From Octopus sinensis (lineage: Eukaryota), in the NCBI RefSeq assembly GCF_006345805.1, contig NC_043023.1, positions 16,430,001 through 16,494,000 of the forward strand: 64,000 nt of DNA, given 5' to 3'. Positions 12,262-24,552 of the stretch are shown in pieces (the first letter of the stretch is position 1; each line of letters starts with the position of its first letter). Made by a program: the position numbers and the translations under genes. Under the pieces are notes generated by a model. The model was not told where the DNA came from, ran no database searches, and worked only from the letters and a program-made list of their open reading frames with translations.

Positions 12262-12442
12262 GCACACCTTGAGGTCAGCGGTTCCTAATACCATACAAAG
12301 AGTATTCGTTTAGTGAAAATTATGCGGGTGAAAGAATAAATAATAAAACATTCATTCGGCACCAACACCAAATGACATAGTTTTGACAGATTATAAATCG
12401 CAAATATTAAGTCGAGAGAAGACAAATACGCAAAGTGTGAGA

Positions 12443-12458
12443 GGCCCTGAAAAGGGCC
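12443..12458 (-). terminator. Histone 3' stem-loop (H2A)
   Basis: Minus strand GGCCCTTTTCAGGGCC, 38 nt after the H2A stop. Confidence 0.92.
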
Positions 12459-12496
12459 GTTGATACGGATAAAGCCAAAAATGCCACCGAATTAAT

Positions 12497-12874
12497 TTAC
12501 TTGGAAGCCTTCTGGGTTTTCTTGGGCAGAAGAACAGCCTGAATGTTGGGAAGAACACCACCCTGGGCGATGGTCACTCCGGACAAAAGTTTGTTCAATT
12601 CTTCGTCGTTACGGATGGCCAACTGCAAGTGACGGGGAATGATTCTCGATTTCTTGTTATCTCTGGCAGCATTTCCTGCCAATTCCAACACCTCAGCAGC
12701 CAAATATTCCATTACAGCGGCCAAGTAGACTGGGGCTCCGGCACCGACACGTTGGGCATAATTTCCCTTACGGAGAAGACGGTGGATACGACCGACAGGG
12801 AACTGAAGTCCGGCACGGGACGAACGGGTCTTGCTCTTTCCCTTTACTTTTCCTCCTTTACCACGTCCAGACAT
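12497..12874 (-). CDS. H2A: Histone H2A, canonical replication-dependent
   Basis: MSGRGKGGK…[12 protein letters not shown]…LLPKKT; intronless; has a stem-loop. Confidence 0.99.
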   Translation of the reverse strand: MSGRGKGGKVKGKSKTRSSRAGLQFPVGRIHRLLRKGNYAQRVGAGAPVYLAAVMEYLAAEVLELAGNAARDNKKSRIIPRHLQLAIRNDEELNKLLSGVTIAQGGVLPNIQAVLLPKKTQKASK

Positions 12875-13143
12875 ATTTCAAAGTTCGACAGTAGTTCTCA
12901 GCAAAGAAGAGAGTTGGCGACTAAATACGAGGGCGGCTTTTGGCTTTAAATAGCAGTCAGGAGGCTCCAGCAGTCACAAACTGCCGAGTGAAAAAGGAGC
13001 GGGTTTATGTCATGTGATTAGACTGCTGTCAAATTCCACCAATGAAATTGATTGGCGCGAAACGTCAGCAAGGTGCTCGGCTGAGCCTACTTGTCAATTA
13101 TAAATAGCGTGGACGAGGGTTGATTAGTAGAGCAAGTGACATT
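12875..13143. promoter_or_regulatory. Bidirectional H2A/H2B promoter
   Basis: 269-bp divergent spacer with TATAAATA at 13099, TATTTAAA on the minus strand at 12945-12952, CCAAT at 13039 and ATTGG at 13051. Confidence 0.8.
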
Positions 13144-13521
13144 ATGCCACCAGCACCAGCAACTGCTTCGAAAGGAGCCAAGAAGGCTTCCAAGGCCAAG
13201 ACCTCTCGCCCTGCCGGGGACAAGAAACGTAAGAAGAAGAGGAAGGAAAGTTATTCCATCTACATCTACAAAGTGATGAAGCAAGTCCACCCGGACACTG
13301 GCATCTCCAGCAAAGCTATGTCCATCATGAACAGTTTTGTCAACGATCTGTTCGAAAGAATAGCTTCTGAATCCAGCCGCTTGGCTCACTACAACAAACG
13401 TTCGACCATCAGTAGCCGTGAGGTGCAGACTGCTGTCCGTCTTCTCCTTCCTGGTGAGTTGGCCAAACACGCCGTCTCTGAGGGTACCAAGGCCGTCACC
13501 AAATACACTAGCAGCAAATAA
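13144..13521 (+). CDS. H2B: Histone H2B
   Basis: True ATG at 13144: [10 protein letters not shown]…[12 protein letters not shown]…AVTKYTSSK. Confidence 0.99.
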   Translation: MPPAPATASKGAKKASKAKTSRPAGDKKRKKKRKESYSIYIYKVMKQVHPDTGISSKAMSIMNSFVNDLFERIASESSRLAHYNKRSTISSREVQTAVRLLLPGELAKHAVSEGTKAVTKYTSSK

Positions 13522-13553
13522 ACCTGCTTCGTTTCTCTTCATCGAGGAATAAC

Positions 13554-13569
13554 GGTCCTTTTCAGGGCC
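13554..13569 (+). terminator. Histone 3' stem-loop (H2B)
   Basis: GGTCCTTTTCAGGGCC followed by ACCCA and a downstream CATGAAAG. Confidence 0.93.
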
Positions 13570-14349
13570 ACCCACATTCTCATGAAAGTTGATTCAGATT
13601 TTCTGCCGATTTGCGATCCATGTTTTTGGGGTTAATTTCTTTAGGCTTTGCGCAGGAGACAACAGTCATAGAATGGATTGGGGGTGGAAACAATTTGTGT
13701 ACATCGAAGCACAGGTATTTGTATACTCACTCGAATATATAAACATGTTTGCAAGTTTTTCACGATTTTCTTTTTGAAATTTAAGAAATCCCTCCTCCGA
13801 CTTCAACTTTGTCTTGTGTCCCCCAGCGCTAACCTTAACCGTAATTACAGGAATGTTTTGAAACTTTTGTCCGAATTTTCCCGCATATTTAGGATAAGTT
13901 GATTCCTAAAAGATTTATGTAAAAAATGAAGGAAACGGGTGGTAGTTTAGAAATGTTGATTGTTATTTTTTTTGCCAATTTATTTTGCAGATTCGAATTC
14001 ACCGTAACCGAAAAAGGGGGTTTGCGTCGAATAAGTTTAAAAAGTGGGCGGTTTTGGGGTGGAGGCGAGCCCATTCATTTATAAATATTTAATTCTATAA
14101 ATTAAAACAAAACAGAAAACAGGCAAATTATTGATTGTTTTTAATTGCTCTCTCAGGGCTTGTAACTAACAACCGTCTGATACCTTCCTTATTTTCATAT
14201 TTTAGTCATCAATAAGCAAGTAAACAGGGCTAACTGGTGTACGAAGACCTGTGTGTAGTATTAAAGGCGCCATCGTACCTCTTCCGTGTCCCCAAAAGAA
14301 GTCGCTGGGTTGGCGGTGAGTTGGCCCGTATGAATAATAACCGAGTGTG

Positions 14350-15800
14350 AGAAAAAGGTATTCATTGTGAAATTTCAATAAAGGTTTTGTCTTGAGGTGA
14401 AAACGCGTGCATTCAGCAGCTGGGGTGTTTCTTAACAATACAATAAAACCTGGAGTAGAAACAGTACTATATATATATATTTACTACTTGAATATGTCAT
14501 GTTTTCCAATTTTATTAAAATAAACACACAAAAGTTCTCGTTTAAAGGCAAAAAAGTAAGCCAAGTTTTCGTTTGTCATATTACAACTAAATTTTTAAGT
14601 CTCATAACATTCTCTGTAATTGTCTGTCTTGTGTCCCGATCTATGTAAGATCGCATGATTATAATACAGATTTTATACTAATATGAATGCAAAACATCAC
14701 GGGGGAATAGTAATCTTTAAATAGCGACGAGGGACTGACTACTGTGCCCTGAATATCGCCTGCTTTTCACGATCATGTGTCAGTGAAAGCAGGCACTCGC
14801 ACACACCCCATTATCTCTTATACGTAAAGGCGGCGAGCTGGCAGAAACGTTAGCACGCTGGGCGAAATGCGAAGCCGTATTTCGTCTGCCGCTACGTTCT
14901 GGGTTCAAATTCCGCCGAGGTCGACCTAGCCTTTCATCCTTTCGGGGTCGATAAATTAAGTACCAGTTACACACTGTATTCAGCAGCTGGGGTGTTTCTC
15001 ACAATACAATAAAACCCGAAGTAGAAACCACTATATATATTTTCTAATTTTATTAAACAAAAATCACACAAAGTTCTCGTAAAGGCAAAAGTAAGCCAAG
15101 TTTTCGTTTCTGTCATATTACAACTAAATTTTTAAGTCTCATAACATTCTCTGTAATTGTCTATCTATGTAAGATCGCATGATTTTATATATGTATATAC
15201 ACATGTATGTATATATATACATGTATATACACATCTTTAATTAAACTATTGACCGCCTTAAAACGGATTTCAACAGACAAATATTACTATAATGGATAAT
15301 ATAAGCATAACTACTTATACCACATACACACACACACGTGTGTATGTGATCGCGGTGGTGGTCATTTGTGTAGATTTGGTGTGATTTCCTTTTTAAAAAC
15401 AAAATAATGAATAATGCAAGTATATATTTATTTATAAGGTTTAAACAGAACATGGAATGAAATGTTTTAAACTGAACTAATAACCGACTGAGAATTTATT
15501 AAGTTATTTATGTGAAATTTCAATAAAGGTTTTGCCTCGTTGAGGTGTAACGCCTGCAGTTAGCAGCTGGGTTTGTTTGTCATCAGTACAATAATCCCTC
15601 CAACACCGAAAATCTGATGAAATACTATATATTTCTTTATTATTTCAATAAACTATTTCTAAATGCAAACCACCACGGAGGAATCGTTAGCTTAAATAAC
15701 TGATATAGCGACGAGGGACTACTGCTGTACATTGAATATCGTTTGCTTCTCACGATGTGTCAGTGAAAGCACACACCCATTACCTTTTATACGTAAAGAT
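14350..15800. repeat. Three degenerate direct copies of a histone-spacer segment
   Basis: GTGAAATTTCAATAAAGGTTTTG, CAGCAGCTGGG, TAGCGACGAGGGACT and GTGTCAGTGAAAGC blocks recur at ~14355-14830, 14975-15185 and 15510-15800. Confidence 0.75.
14829..14975 (+). mobile_element. 5' part of tRNA-derived SINE, family C
   Basis: GGCGGCGAGCTGGCAGAAACGTTAGC…GGGTTCAAATTCC head. Confidence 0.75.
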
Positions 15801-16271
15801 GTATTTACAGTAATACCTTAATAAGCTTAACACACAGCCACCAAAACAAAAAATCTTATAGCGGTAAAAAGTGTATATTTCTTTATTATCCATACGGATT
15901 AACATAGATGGGGACAATACAATGTTTGGGGTCAACATGGAACTTTTTACAATGAAATCGGATGAGTTATTTATAAAGGAATGAAATTACAATGAAAATT
16001 AAATAGGGAAAAGTAAACAATGAAGATAAAAAGCGGTAAAAAGTGTAGACAGATTCAACCCTGCACCCGGATTAAAGTATTGCAGTCTCCAAATGCGGCC
16101 AGAGTTCTGACAGAAGCACGTAGCAAAACCGCCAACTTTTCCCACTTTTATGAAATTTCCTAACATTTCCGATTGTCTTCAGCACAATGGAACGATTATG
16201 CAATAACAAAGCTCATTAACGATATTAGCAGAGACAGCCGTCCGATCCCATGAATATCGGAGGGAAATATG

Positions 16272-16456
16272 GGTACTACTTAAGAAGCGTGGTCCTGGTG
16301 CGCGCACTCGCAATTAGTCGATCCTTATTTTGTATGTTTTTTATTTACTTTGTGTAAAAAAAATTATTTTACCTTGCTAGGTAGTCGTCGTAGGATCGAC
16401 TATTCACGATTAGCTAACGCGAGTGCGCGCGCACCGGGATCTTCTTGAGTAGTACC
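16272..16456. mobile_element. ~185-bp MITE with GGTACTAC…GTAGTACC termini
   Basis: Imperfect inverted arms of ~55 bp; sister copy at 21204-21384. Confidence 0.65.
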
Positions 16457-17344
16457 GAAATACGTAGCCAAAAACTAACTCCAACCGCATTAAGAGGCTG
16501 CAGATTTTCACCACTGAACAATCGATTATAGTTAGCAAAGTACATCTTGTCTATTAGATTGGTGACCGGGTACTAAACTTAATGTAACCAAAGTTACGGC
16601 TACCAATAATGCTCCTAAGTGTTACTAGACTTTCTAAAGAGAAATCTACAAGTCTCTGTGAATCAGCAATCGCATCCAAGTGTTTGCACAGAATATTCTG
16701 CACTAGGGCGATGCAAGTGTCCCGAAATATCTGATTTAACGATAAGAAAACGCAGATGGTCTGGGGGCAAATACTTCGTGCAGCCGATCCCCTAACCGTG
16801 ACGTGTATTTGCCATTTAAATATGGCTAACCCCTAAGGGTGGATGCTACTGTAGTTTGTAGCCACAGGAGGACACCTCCGGTTGGCTTTAGACACTCTCT
16901 GTGCCCTATCAGTATTTGCAAAGGCAAGCCACCCTTCCAGTCTTCTACTTATGATACACACGGACTAGAGCTTACCCCTAACGCTTTCCCGAAAAGGCGT
17001 AACTTCGGAAGAAGTACCGGATACATTTCAACAAACTGTATTTATATATATAGGGGATTCAAGGTTGGTGGGAGTAAAGGGTTTATCTTCAGAAATGTAA
17101 CAAAGCCACTTACGGTAGTTATACCGAAAGATCGCCCCCGAAAAGTGTGGACCGAATCACACCACCAAAGTAAATATTTCGTAACGGGTCGTACACCGGT
17201 GTGAAATAATTTTTTTCCCCAAAAGGGTGTGAACAAAGTTTTCCCACCAAGGGGCGCGTTAAATACCAGTAGTTGCAAAATAACAATAAACACAGAAGAA
17301 GCACATCGCGATTTCAGAGAGTTGACTTAAATCAAAAAGTGGGT

Positions 17345-17360
17345 GGCCCTGAAAAGGGCC
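17345..17360 (-). terminator. Histone 3' stem-loop (H4)
   Basis: Minus strand GGCCCTTTTCAGGGCC followed by ACCCAC. Confidence 0.93.
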
Positions 17361-17393
17361 GGTATGTTCTTGAATAAGCTTAGGAATGTTCAC

Positions 17394-18392
<999 letters not shown>

Positions 18393-18421
18393 GTCGCCGT
18401 TGCTTTGTCAGCATATTAAAT

Positions 18422-18436
18422 GGCCCTTTTAGGGCC
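18422..18436 (+). terminator. Histone 3' stem-loop (H3), 15-nt variant
   Basis: GGCCCTTTTAGGGCC, one loop base short of the 16-nt consensus. Confidence 0.8.
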
Positions 18437-18595
18437 GCCACGTTATATCCTAAGTATTCTCTTTCGATCGTTGATATGCTAATCGTTTATGTTTGTTCAG
18501 TTTCTGTCTTCCCTTAGTTTTTCTTGGTCAATGTTAAGGTCCTCGCTCCTTAGCGAAAACAGGAGAAATTCCAGCCAGCTGGGTGTTAGCAATTG

Positions 18596-19107
18596 GGATC
18601 TTTTCGGTTTGAACGGCAGTTTTTAACATAGTTTCTAGGTAACTAAGAGCTTTTAAACTTCGTATACTGGTAGAATGTGTTTGTAAAACTGACGTCTATT
18701 GAGGTAACGGTGTTTCTGTGGCTTTGTTTCAGTTTAAATCGAAGTTCTAAGTTTGTAGAACGATACATAAAATACATATTATTTGAGTAAATTTTTAATA
18801 TTTACTCTATGCGACCTCATATAGCATCTTTGTCTTATGTTTGTCTTGTATTGTCTCATTTTATATAAAATCGCCATGATCATGATAGAGATACTCTGTT
18901 GAGGTAAGGAAACGTTCTGTGCCGTATGAATATGTCCCTCGTTTAAGAAACAGATTGGGTTTATTTACATTTCTGAAGAGAAAATGATATCCTTTACCCA
19001 CTAACTCTAAAACATTGAAATGCAATAGATCGATATTAGGGTCATAGTTATGGGTAATAATTTCATGACACCGCTAGAAAGAACTGCCGTTTAAACCGAA
19101 AAGTTCC
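18596..19107. mobile_element. GGATC-TIR MITE with both termini
   Basis: GGATCTTTTCGGTTTGAACGGCAG … CTGCCGTTTAAACCGAAAAGTTCC. Confidence 0.75.
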
Positions 19108-19478
19108 AGTAATTGTGTAGAAATCGAATATGAATAGAAAGGATTTGCGCAAACGATCCTGACGGGTGGGGACCGGCATCCGATTTTCCCCTTATAATGC
19201 ACATTTTCAGTTCCAAAAGCATATGATGTTTTGCGCTGGGTATTTTTTGTTATTTCCGCACTTATTTTTTTGTATCTTTACTTTGTCGTTACTGCGGGAG
19301 ATTTCTGATAGAAAAATGTGCAAAGGTGAGTGGATTAATTACATGATTTTTTTGTACTGTTATCGCAGTTTTGGAGATTTGGCTGTTATTTCTGGCACGC
19401 GGATAGCCTGCTTGTTGCCGACGGGGAATACGAATTTGCAAAAGTAGACATTTCTATTATATAACCCCCACTTATTTC

Positions 19479-19854
19479 GGCAATCTTTCGTCTCTAGTAG
19501 ACATTTCCGTAAAATTTTTTTTACATATGGGCTTGCGGGAACTTTTGAAGTAATGAGAGCGAAAGAGACTAAGAGAAAGCGATTTTATGACGAGGGAAGT
19601 TCTTTTGAAGTTACCGTGCATGGCAAGCATTGATGTACATGTGTGTTTGATGGGGTGTGGGAGAGAGACAGTATGTTGTGTAAGTGAAGTGCTTCTGTTA
19701 GTGTGTGTGAAAGAAAGAGATAACTGGAATTTTTTACTCGGTGTATGTGTATATGTATGTATATTACTTCAAAAGTTCCCGCAAGCCCATATGTAAAAAA
19801 AAGATTTTGTTTACGGAAATCGACGGAAAGGTCTACTAGAGACGAAAGATCGCC
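19479..19854. mobile_element. Foldback element with GGCGATCTTTCG-type ends, flanked by a 30-bp direct repeat
   Basis: ~70-85-bp inverted arms. CATTTCTATTATATAACCCCCACTTATTTC at 19449-19478 and 19855-19884. Confidence 0.8.
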
Positions 19855-20654
19855 CATTTCTATTATATAACCCCCACTTATTTCCTTCGTTCTTCACTAA
19901 TTTTTTTTCAAAATGTGCGGAGATTCTGATTCTGAAAGAGTTTCCAAATGTCTGTAAAATTTGGCATTCCTTCGATCGGGTATTTCCGTGGGTTGTGGAG
20001 TTTAGGTGTAACGAAATTATGCCAGCAATGTCTCGTTTTAAACTCGAAGTAAAAATAGCCTTGCATATTTGTTCTTACCCGTTTCATGTGTGTATGAAAA
20101 ATCCGCAAATTCCCAAGCAGAAAGCAAACTGTAAGATTTTTGAAGGGGTTCATTCCCACTGCGTGGCACCTTGGGCAGGTGTCTTCTGCTATAGCCTCGG
20201 GCCGACCAAAGCCTTGTGAGTGGATTTGGTAGAGGCCTGTCGTATATATGTGTGTGTCTTACAAAGAATAAGTCCTGGGGTCGATTTGCTCGACTAACGG
20301 CGGTGCTCCGGTATGGCCACGGTCAAGTGGCTGAAACAAGTAAAAGAGTTACGGTGTTAGGGTTAGTGTCGGGGAGAAAAGTCAAAATTGAAGAAGTTGG
20401 TGACGGTGGGAATTTCACAATGACGATTTTGGGCAAAAAAAGGGTTACAAAAATAAACAAATTTGGGAGAAGATGGGCTAGGGACGGGTGGAAGTCTTTC
20501 TACGTGGCCCGTCCCCAAAACGCTAAACATAGCAGCTGCTATCCCTCACCTGGACGAAGCACTGACACGTCCTGCACTCACGGATTCCCCGATTGAAAAG
20601 GGCGCAATCGTACCCTGCTTGTGCGTGCTTCCTCCTCTGCTCAGCTCCCTAACC

Positions 20655-21030
20655 TATTTCTTTACTGCCCACAAGGGGCTAAGCACAGAGGGGGACAGAC
20701 AGGTATTAAGTCGATTGCATCGACCCCAGTGCATAACTGGTACTTAATTTACCGATCCCGAAAGGATGAAAGGCAAAGCCGACCTCGGCGGAATTTGAAC
20801 TCACAACGTAACTGCAGACGAAATACCTATTTTTTTATTACCCACAAGGGGCTAAACATAGAGGGGACAGACATAGGTATTATATCGACCCCAGTGCGGA
20901 ACTGGTACTTAATTTGTCGACCCCGAAAGGATGAAAGGCAAAGTCAACCTCGGCGGAATTTGAACTCACAACGTAACTGCAGACGAAATACCGCTAAGCA
21001 TTTCGTCCGGTGTGCTAACGTTTCTGCTAG
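20655..21030 (-). mobile_element. Two tandem family C SINEs
   Basis: Repeated CCCACAAGGGGCTAA…CCTCGGCGGAATTTGAACTC blocks. Confidence 0.75.
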
Positions 21031-21203
21031 CTCGACATCATCCCAGAGTTCTGAGTTCATATTCCGTCAGGGTCGATAAAGTAAGTCCCAATTGACTAGA
21101 CCCCCATCCGCCAAATTTCAGGGCTTGTGCCTCTAGAAGAAGGATATTTTTTAGTAGGAGGGATGGTTTAGTGTGAGAAAATGTTAGTAATTGTACACGG
21201 TTG

Positions 21204-21384
21204 GGTACTACTAGCTAACAGTGGTTCAGGTGCGCGCAAGCTAGACATAAGTAATCGATCCTAAATAATTTTTTAAACTAAGTAAATGAATTATTTTTAT
21301 AAACAAAGGTTAGGGTTAAAAAGTCGTAGGATCGACTACCTGCGTCTAGCTAGCGCACTGGGACCACTGTTCGCTAGTAGTACC
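21204..21384. mobile_element. MITE with GGTACTAC…GTAGTACC termini
   Basis: Inverted arms like those of 16272-16456. Confidence 0.65.
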
Positions 21385-22590
21385 AAGAAAGCAGCTCCAT
21401 ATAATATTCCAAAAAAAAATTCCAGCATTGATTAGAGGAAGGGATTAGATCTGAGAGAAATTTGTGTTGGTATTAATTCATTGAAAGACGATAAGGAAAA
21501 TTAGTGAGTAAAGGGAGATAAGCAAGGGCATGAGCCTAATTACGGGAAAAAGAAGCATTCGATCTTTAGATGGCTTCATAGGCTTATAACGGTGGTGGAT
21601 CTCCGTCGTTTCACTAGGAAGAGTCAATCTTTTGGTCAACTGATTTACTTGCACTTCATTGAGTATTTGCTGGTGTACAAGATGCATCCTTACTTTAGCA
21701 GAATATTTAGGGCAGAAACCAGATTAATACGTTTCGTCATTCAGCCATTGGAAAACGTTTTAAAGTAGTTTTGTAGAGAAAATGTGTCTGGTGCAATGTA
21801 AAAAGCAGTGAAATCTCATAAAGCAAAGCAATAATTTCCCATAGAAGCAATGTTATAAATTGTAATTCATTCCCAGAAAAATATTTTACCAATAAAATTT
21901 ATAATACTTGTAAATAAATGACAATAAAACAACAGTAGAATGTAAAGAATATTTTATGTAAAGTCAAAAACAATGTCAAGATCATTTAGAATAGATAAAA
22001 TATTATTATTATAATTGTTTTCAGATATATAGAGAGAAATGGATGGTGATGGAGATTATGAGGACATACACAAAAAGTAGACGTGGTGGGGGAATATTAG
22101 TGGTACAGAGGATAGAGGGGGATGTTTCATAGAAGTGTGAGGGGCTTATGAATGTGTGTGTGTGTTACTATATCCTTGCCTTGAGACTGTGTGATAATTG
22201 TAAACGAGTGTCACTGTCATACAAGCAGTGTCCATCTCCAATCTGACATAAAAACATGTCTGGTCATGGGGAAATACCTTAGTTTGGCTAGAAGGATATT
22301 GAGCTTAACTTGATAAGCAGCTGATCTAGGAAGCGGGGCCTCATATCAGTGAGGGGGAGGGCGGTGCGCATTGATGCCATCGAGAGGTAGGCCCCGAAAC
22401 GGTGTGCATTCTCTCCTGATGACCCCATACACTTGCTGGCTTCAGGTATACGGAGCTTTTGACTGGTAGCACTTGAATGTGCAAGTTGTTTGCAAGACAT
22501 CAGGTGAAGGTTGGCCACAGGAGGGACATCAGCCCCAAGAAAATTCACCTCAAAAAATTTCATCATGGAAGAATGTATTTCTTTACAACC

Positions 22591-22922
22591 CACAAGGGGC
22601 TAAACACAGAGGGGACAAAGAAATAGAAATGAACTCTGAACAGCCCTCAGCTTGTTAGCACCTTTCTAACCATCCAAGCCATGCCAGCGTGTAAAATAGA
22701 CAAAGGTGCTAACAAGCTGAGGGCTGTTCAGGGTTCATTTCTATTTCTTAATTACCCACAAGGGGCTAAACACAGAGGGGACAAAGAAATAGAAATGAAC
22801 TCTGAACAGCCCTCAGCTTGTTAGCACCTTTCTAACCATCCAAGCCATGCCAGCGTGTAAAATAGACAAAGGTGCTAACAAGCTGAGGGCTGTTCAGGGT
22901 TCATTTCTATTTCTTAATTACC
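22591..22922. repeat. 2 x 166-bp tandem repeat, each unit containing a 48-bp-arm hairpin
   Basis: CACAAGG/GACAAGG at 22591, 22757 and 22923; arms 22618-22665 and 22702-22749. Confidence 0.85.
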
Positions 22923-23719
22923 GACAAGGGGCTAAACACAGAAGAGACAAACAAGGACGGACATAGGTATTAAGTCGATTATATCGACCCCAGTGCGTAA
23001 CTGGTACTTAATTCATTGACCCCGAAAGGATAAAAGGCAAAGTCGACCTCGGCGGAATTTGAACTCACAACGTAACGGCAGCCGAAATACATATTTCTTT
23101 ATTACCCATAAGGGGCTAAACACATAGGGGACAAACAAGGACGGACAAAGGGATTAAGTCGATTACATCGACCTCAGTGCGTAACTGGTACTTATTTGAT
23201 CGACCCCGGAAGGATGAAAGGCAATGTCGACCTCGGCGGAATTTGAACTCTGAACGTAACGACAGCCGAAATTCCGACCGGCGTGCTAACGATTCTACCA
23301 GCCTTACGGGAATGAGATGTATCGACGCTGATATGCTTCGACCAATGGTTAACATTTCAAAGGTTTGCTGTTCCACACGAATTACTAGTTTGTCAACTGA
23401 TAAACATATTTACAAGTGTCCAGAAAGATAAGGGGTCTTTGATTGCGGCATTTTACTTCATTCTCAACTCCTTTTGATTTCGGTCGAGACGCATGTTCTA
23501 GCCTCTTGAATAGTTACTCAGACAGGAGACAAAAGATCAATCTAAAGCAATCTTCCTTTAAATAACGAACGAATATCTTTGTTTTACCGTTTAGTGATCG
23601 AGGTAAGAGCCGCGGGTTCGAGTTCCTATTCTTAGCTTATGAAAGAAATCACAGAGCGAGGGCAGCTAAGATTCAGAGTGGTCTCCCTTGTGCCGTTGTG
23701 TTTAAAAGTCCAACTATAA

Positions 23720-24210
23720 TACAAAAAGCCGAAGTTGTCTCTGTGTGTGGCAGGTTTGGTAGCCTTCGATTAACACCATCTCCTCCGAGACCCTGCGGCG
23801 CAAGTTGACCAAAATTGAGAGTATGATAGAAGAAGGCTCGCTCTTCATTCCGTAGAAGAAAAAATTCAAATCGGATCAAGTTAACAATAAAAATTATTTA
23901 CATCAAAAAATGCTTTTTTCTATGAAAATCCCTATTTTTTACGATTTTTTCACTGCTGTGTCGCCACTTTTCGGTGTATTTCAACCAGAAAAATGTTCAC
24001 TTAAAGAGAATAACAAGCTACATAATGCAAAATTTTTACTTTTCAAAAATTCCAATTCTAAAGGGTCGAAACAAACCCGGGCAATAACTGCTAGTATATA
24101 TATAAAGCTGAAGTTGTCTGTGTGTGGTAGATTTGGTAGCCTTCAACTAACACTATCTCCTCCGAGACCCTGCGACGCAAGTTGACCAAAGTTGAGAGTA
24201 TGATAGAAGA
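23720..24210 (+). mobile_element. Helitron-like non-autonomous elements in tandem
   Basis: AAAGCTGAAGTTGTCT…CTCCTCCGAGACCCTGCG block occurs twice; 3' end AACCCGGGCAATAACTGCTAG|T at ~24074-24095. Confidence 0.55.
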
Positions 24211-24552
24211 AGGCTTTTTATTTTCGTTTTGTTTTTCAGAAATTAGAACAGATAAATTTGGTGGGTGGAGCATAATTTTGTACCTGGGAACGTAAGTACA
24301 AAATATGCCTATTTATGACAAAACATTCGACAATAAAACTTTTTAAAAGTGTTGGTTAATGTTTATATGTTGACACGGAACTGGAAATCAAAGAGAAAAA
24401 AAAGAAAAAGAAAAAATATTCAAATGGATGTAAAACAATGTGTAGGCAACGAATAGGGAACAAAATGCGTGCTACGCAACGGGAGGGTGGGGAGAGGACT
24501 TGGGAAAATTCACAAGATCCGAGTTTTTCCATCAACTTTTAGGAAAATGGGG

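Noticed and set aside
21420-21720. Possible third piggyBac relic (RYKPMKPSK on the minus strand)
   Set aside because: Only one short motif resembles KQYxPxKP; too degenerate to support without an HMM search.
22390-22440. GAAAC…CTGATGA hammerhead-like words
   Set aside because: No helix I or II pairing, and the cleavage triplet would end in G.
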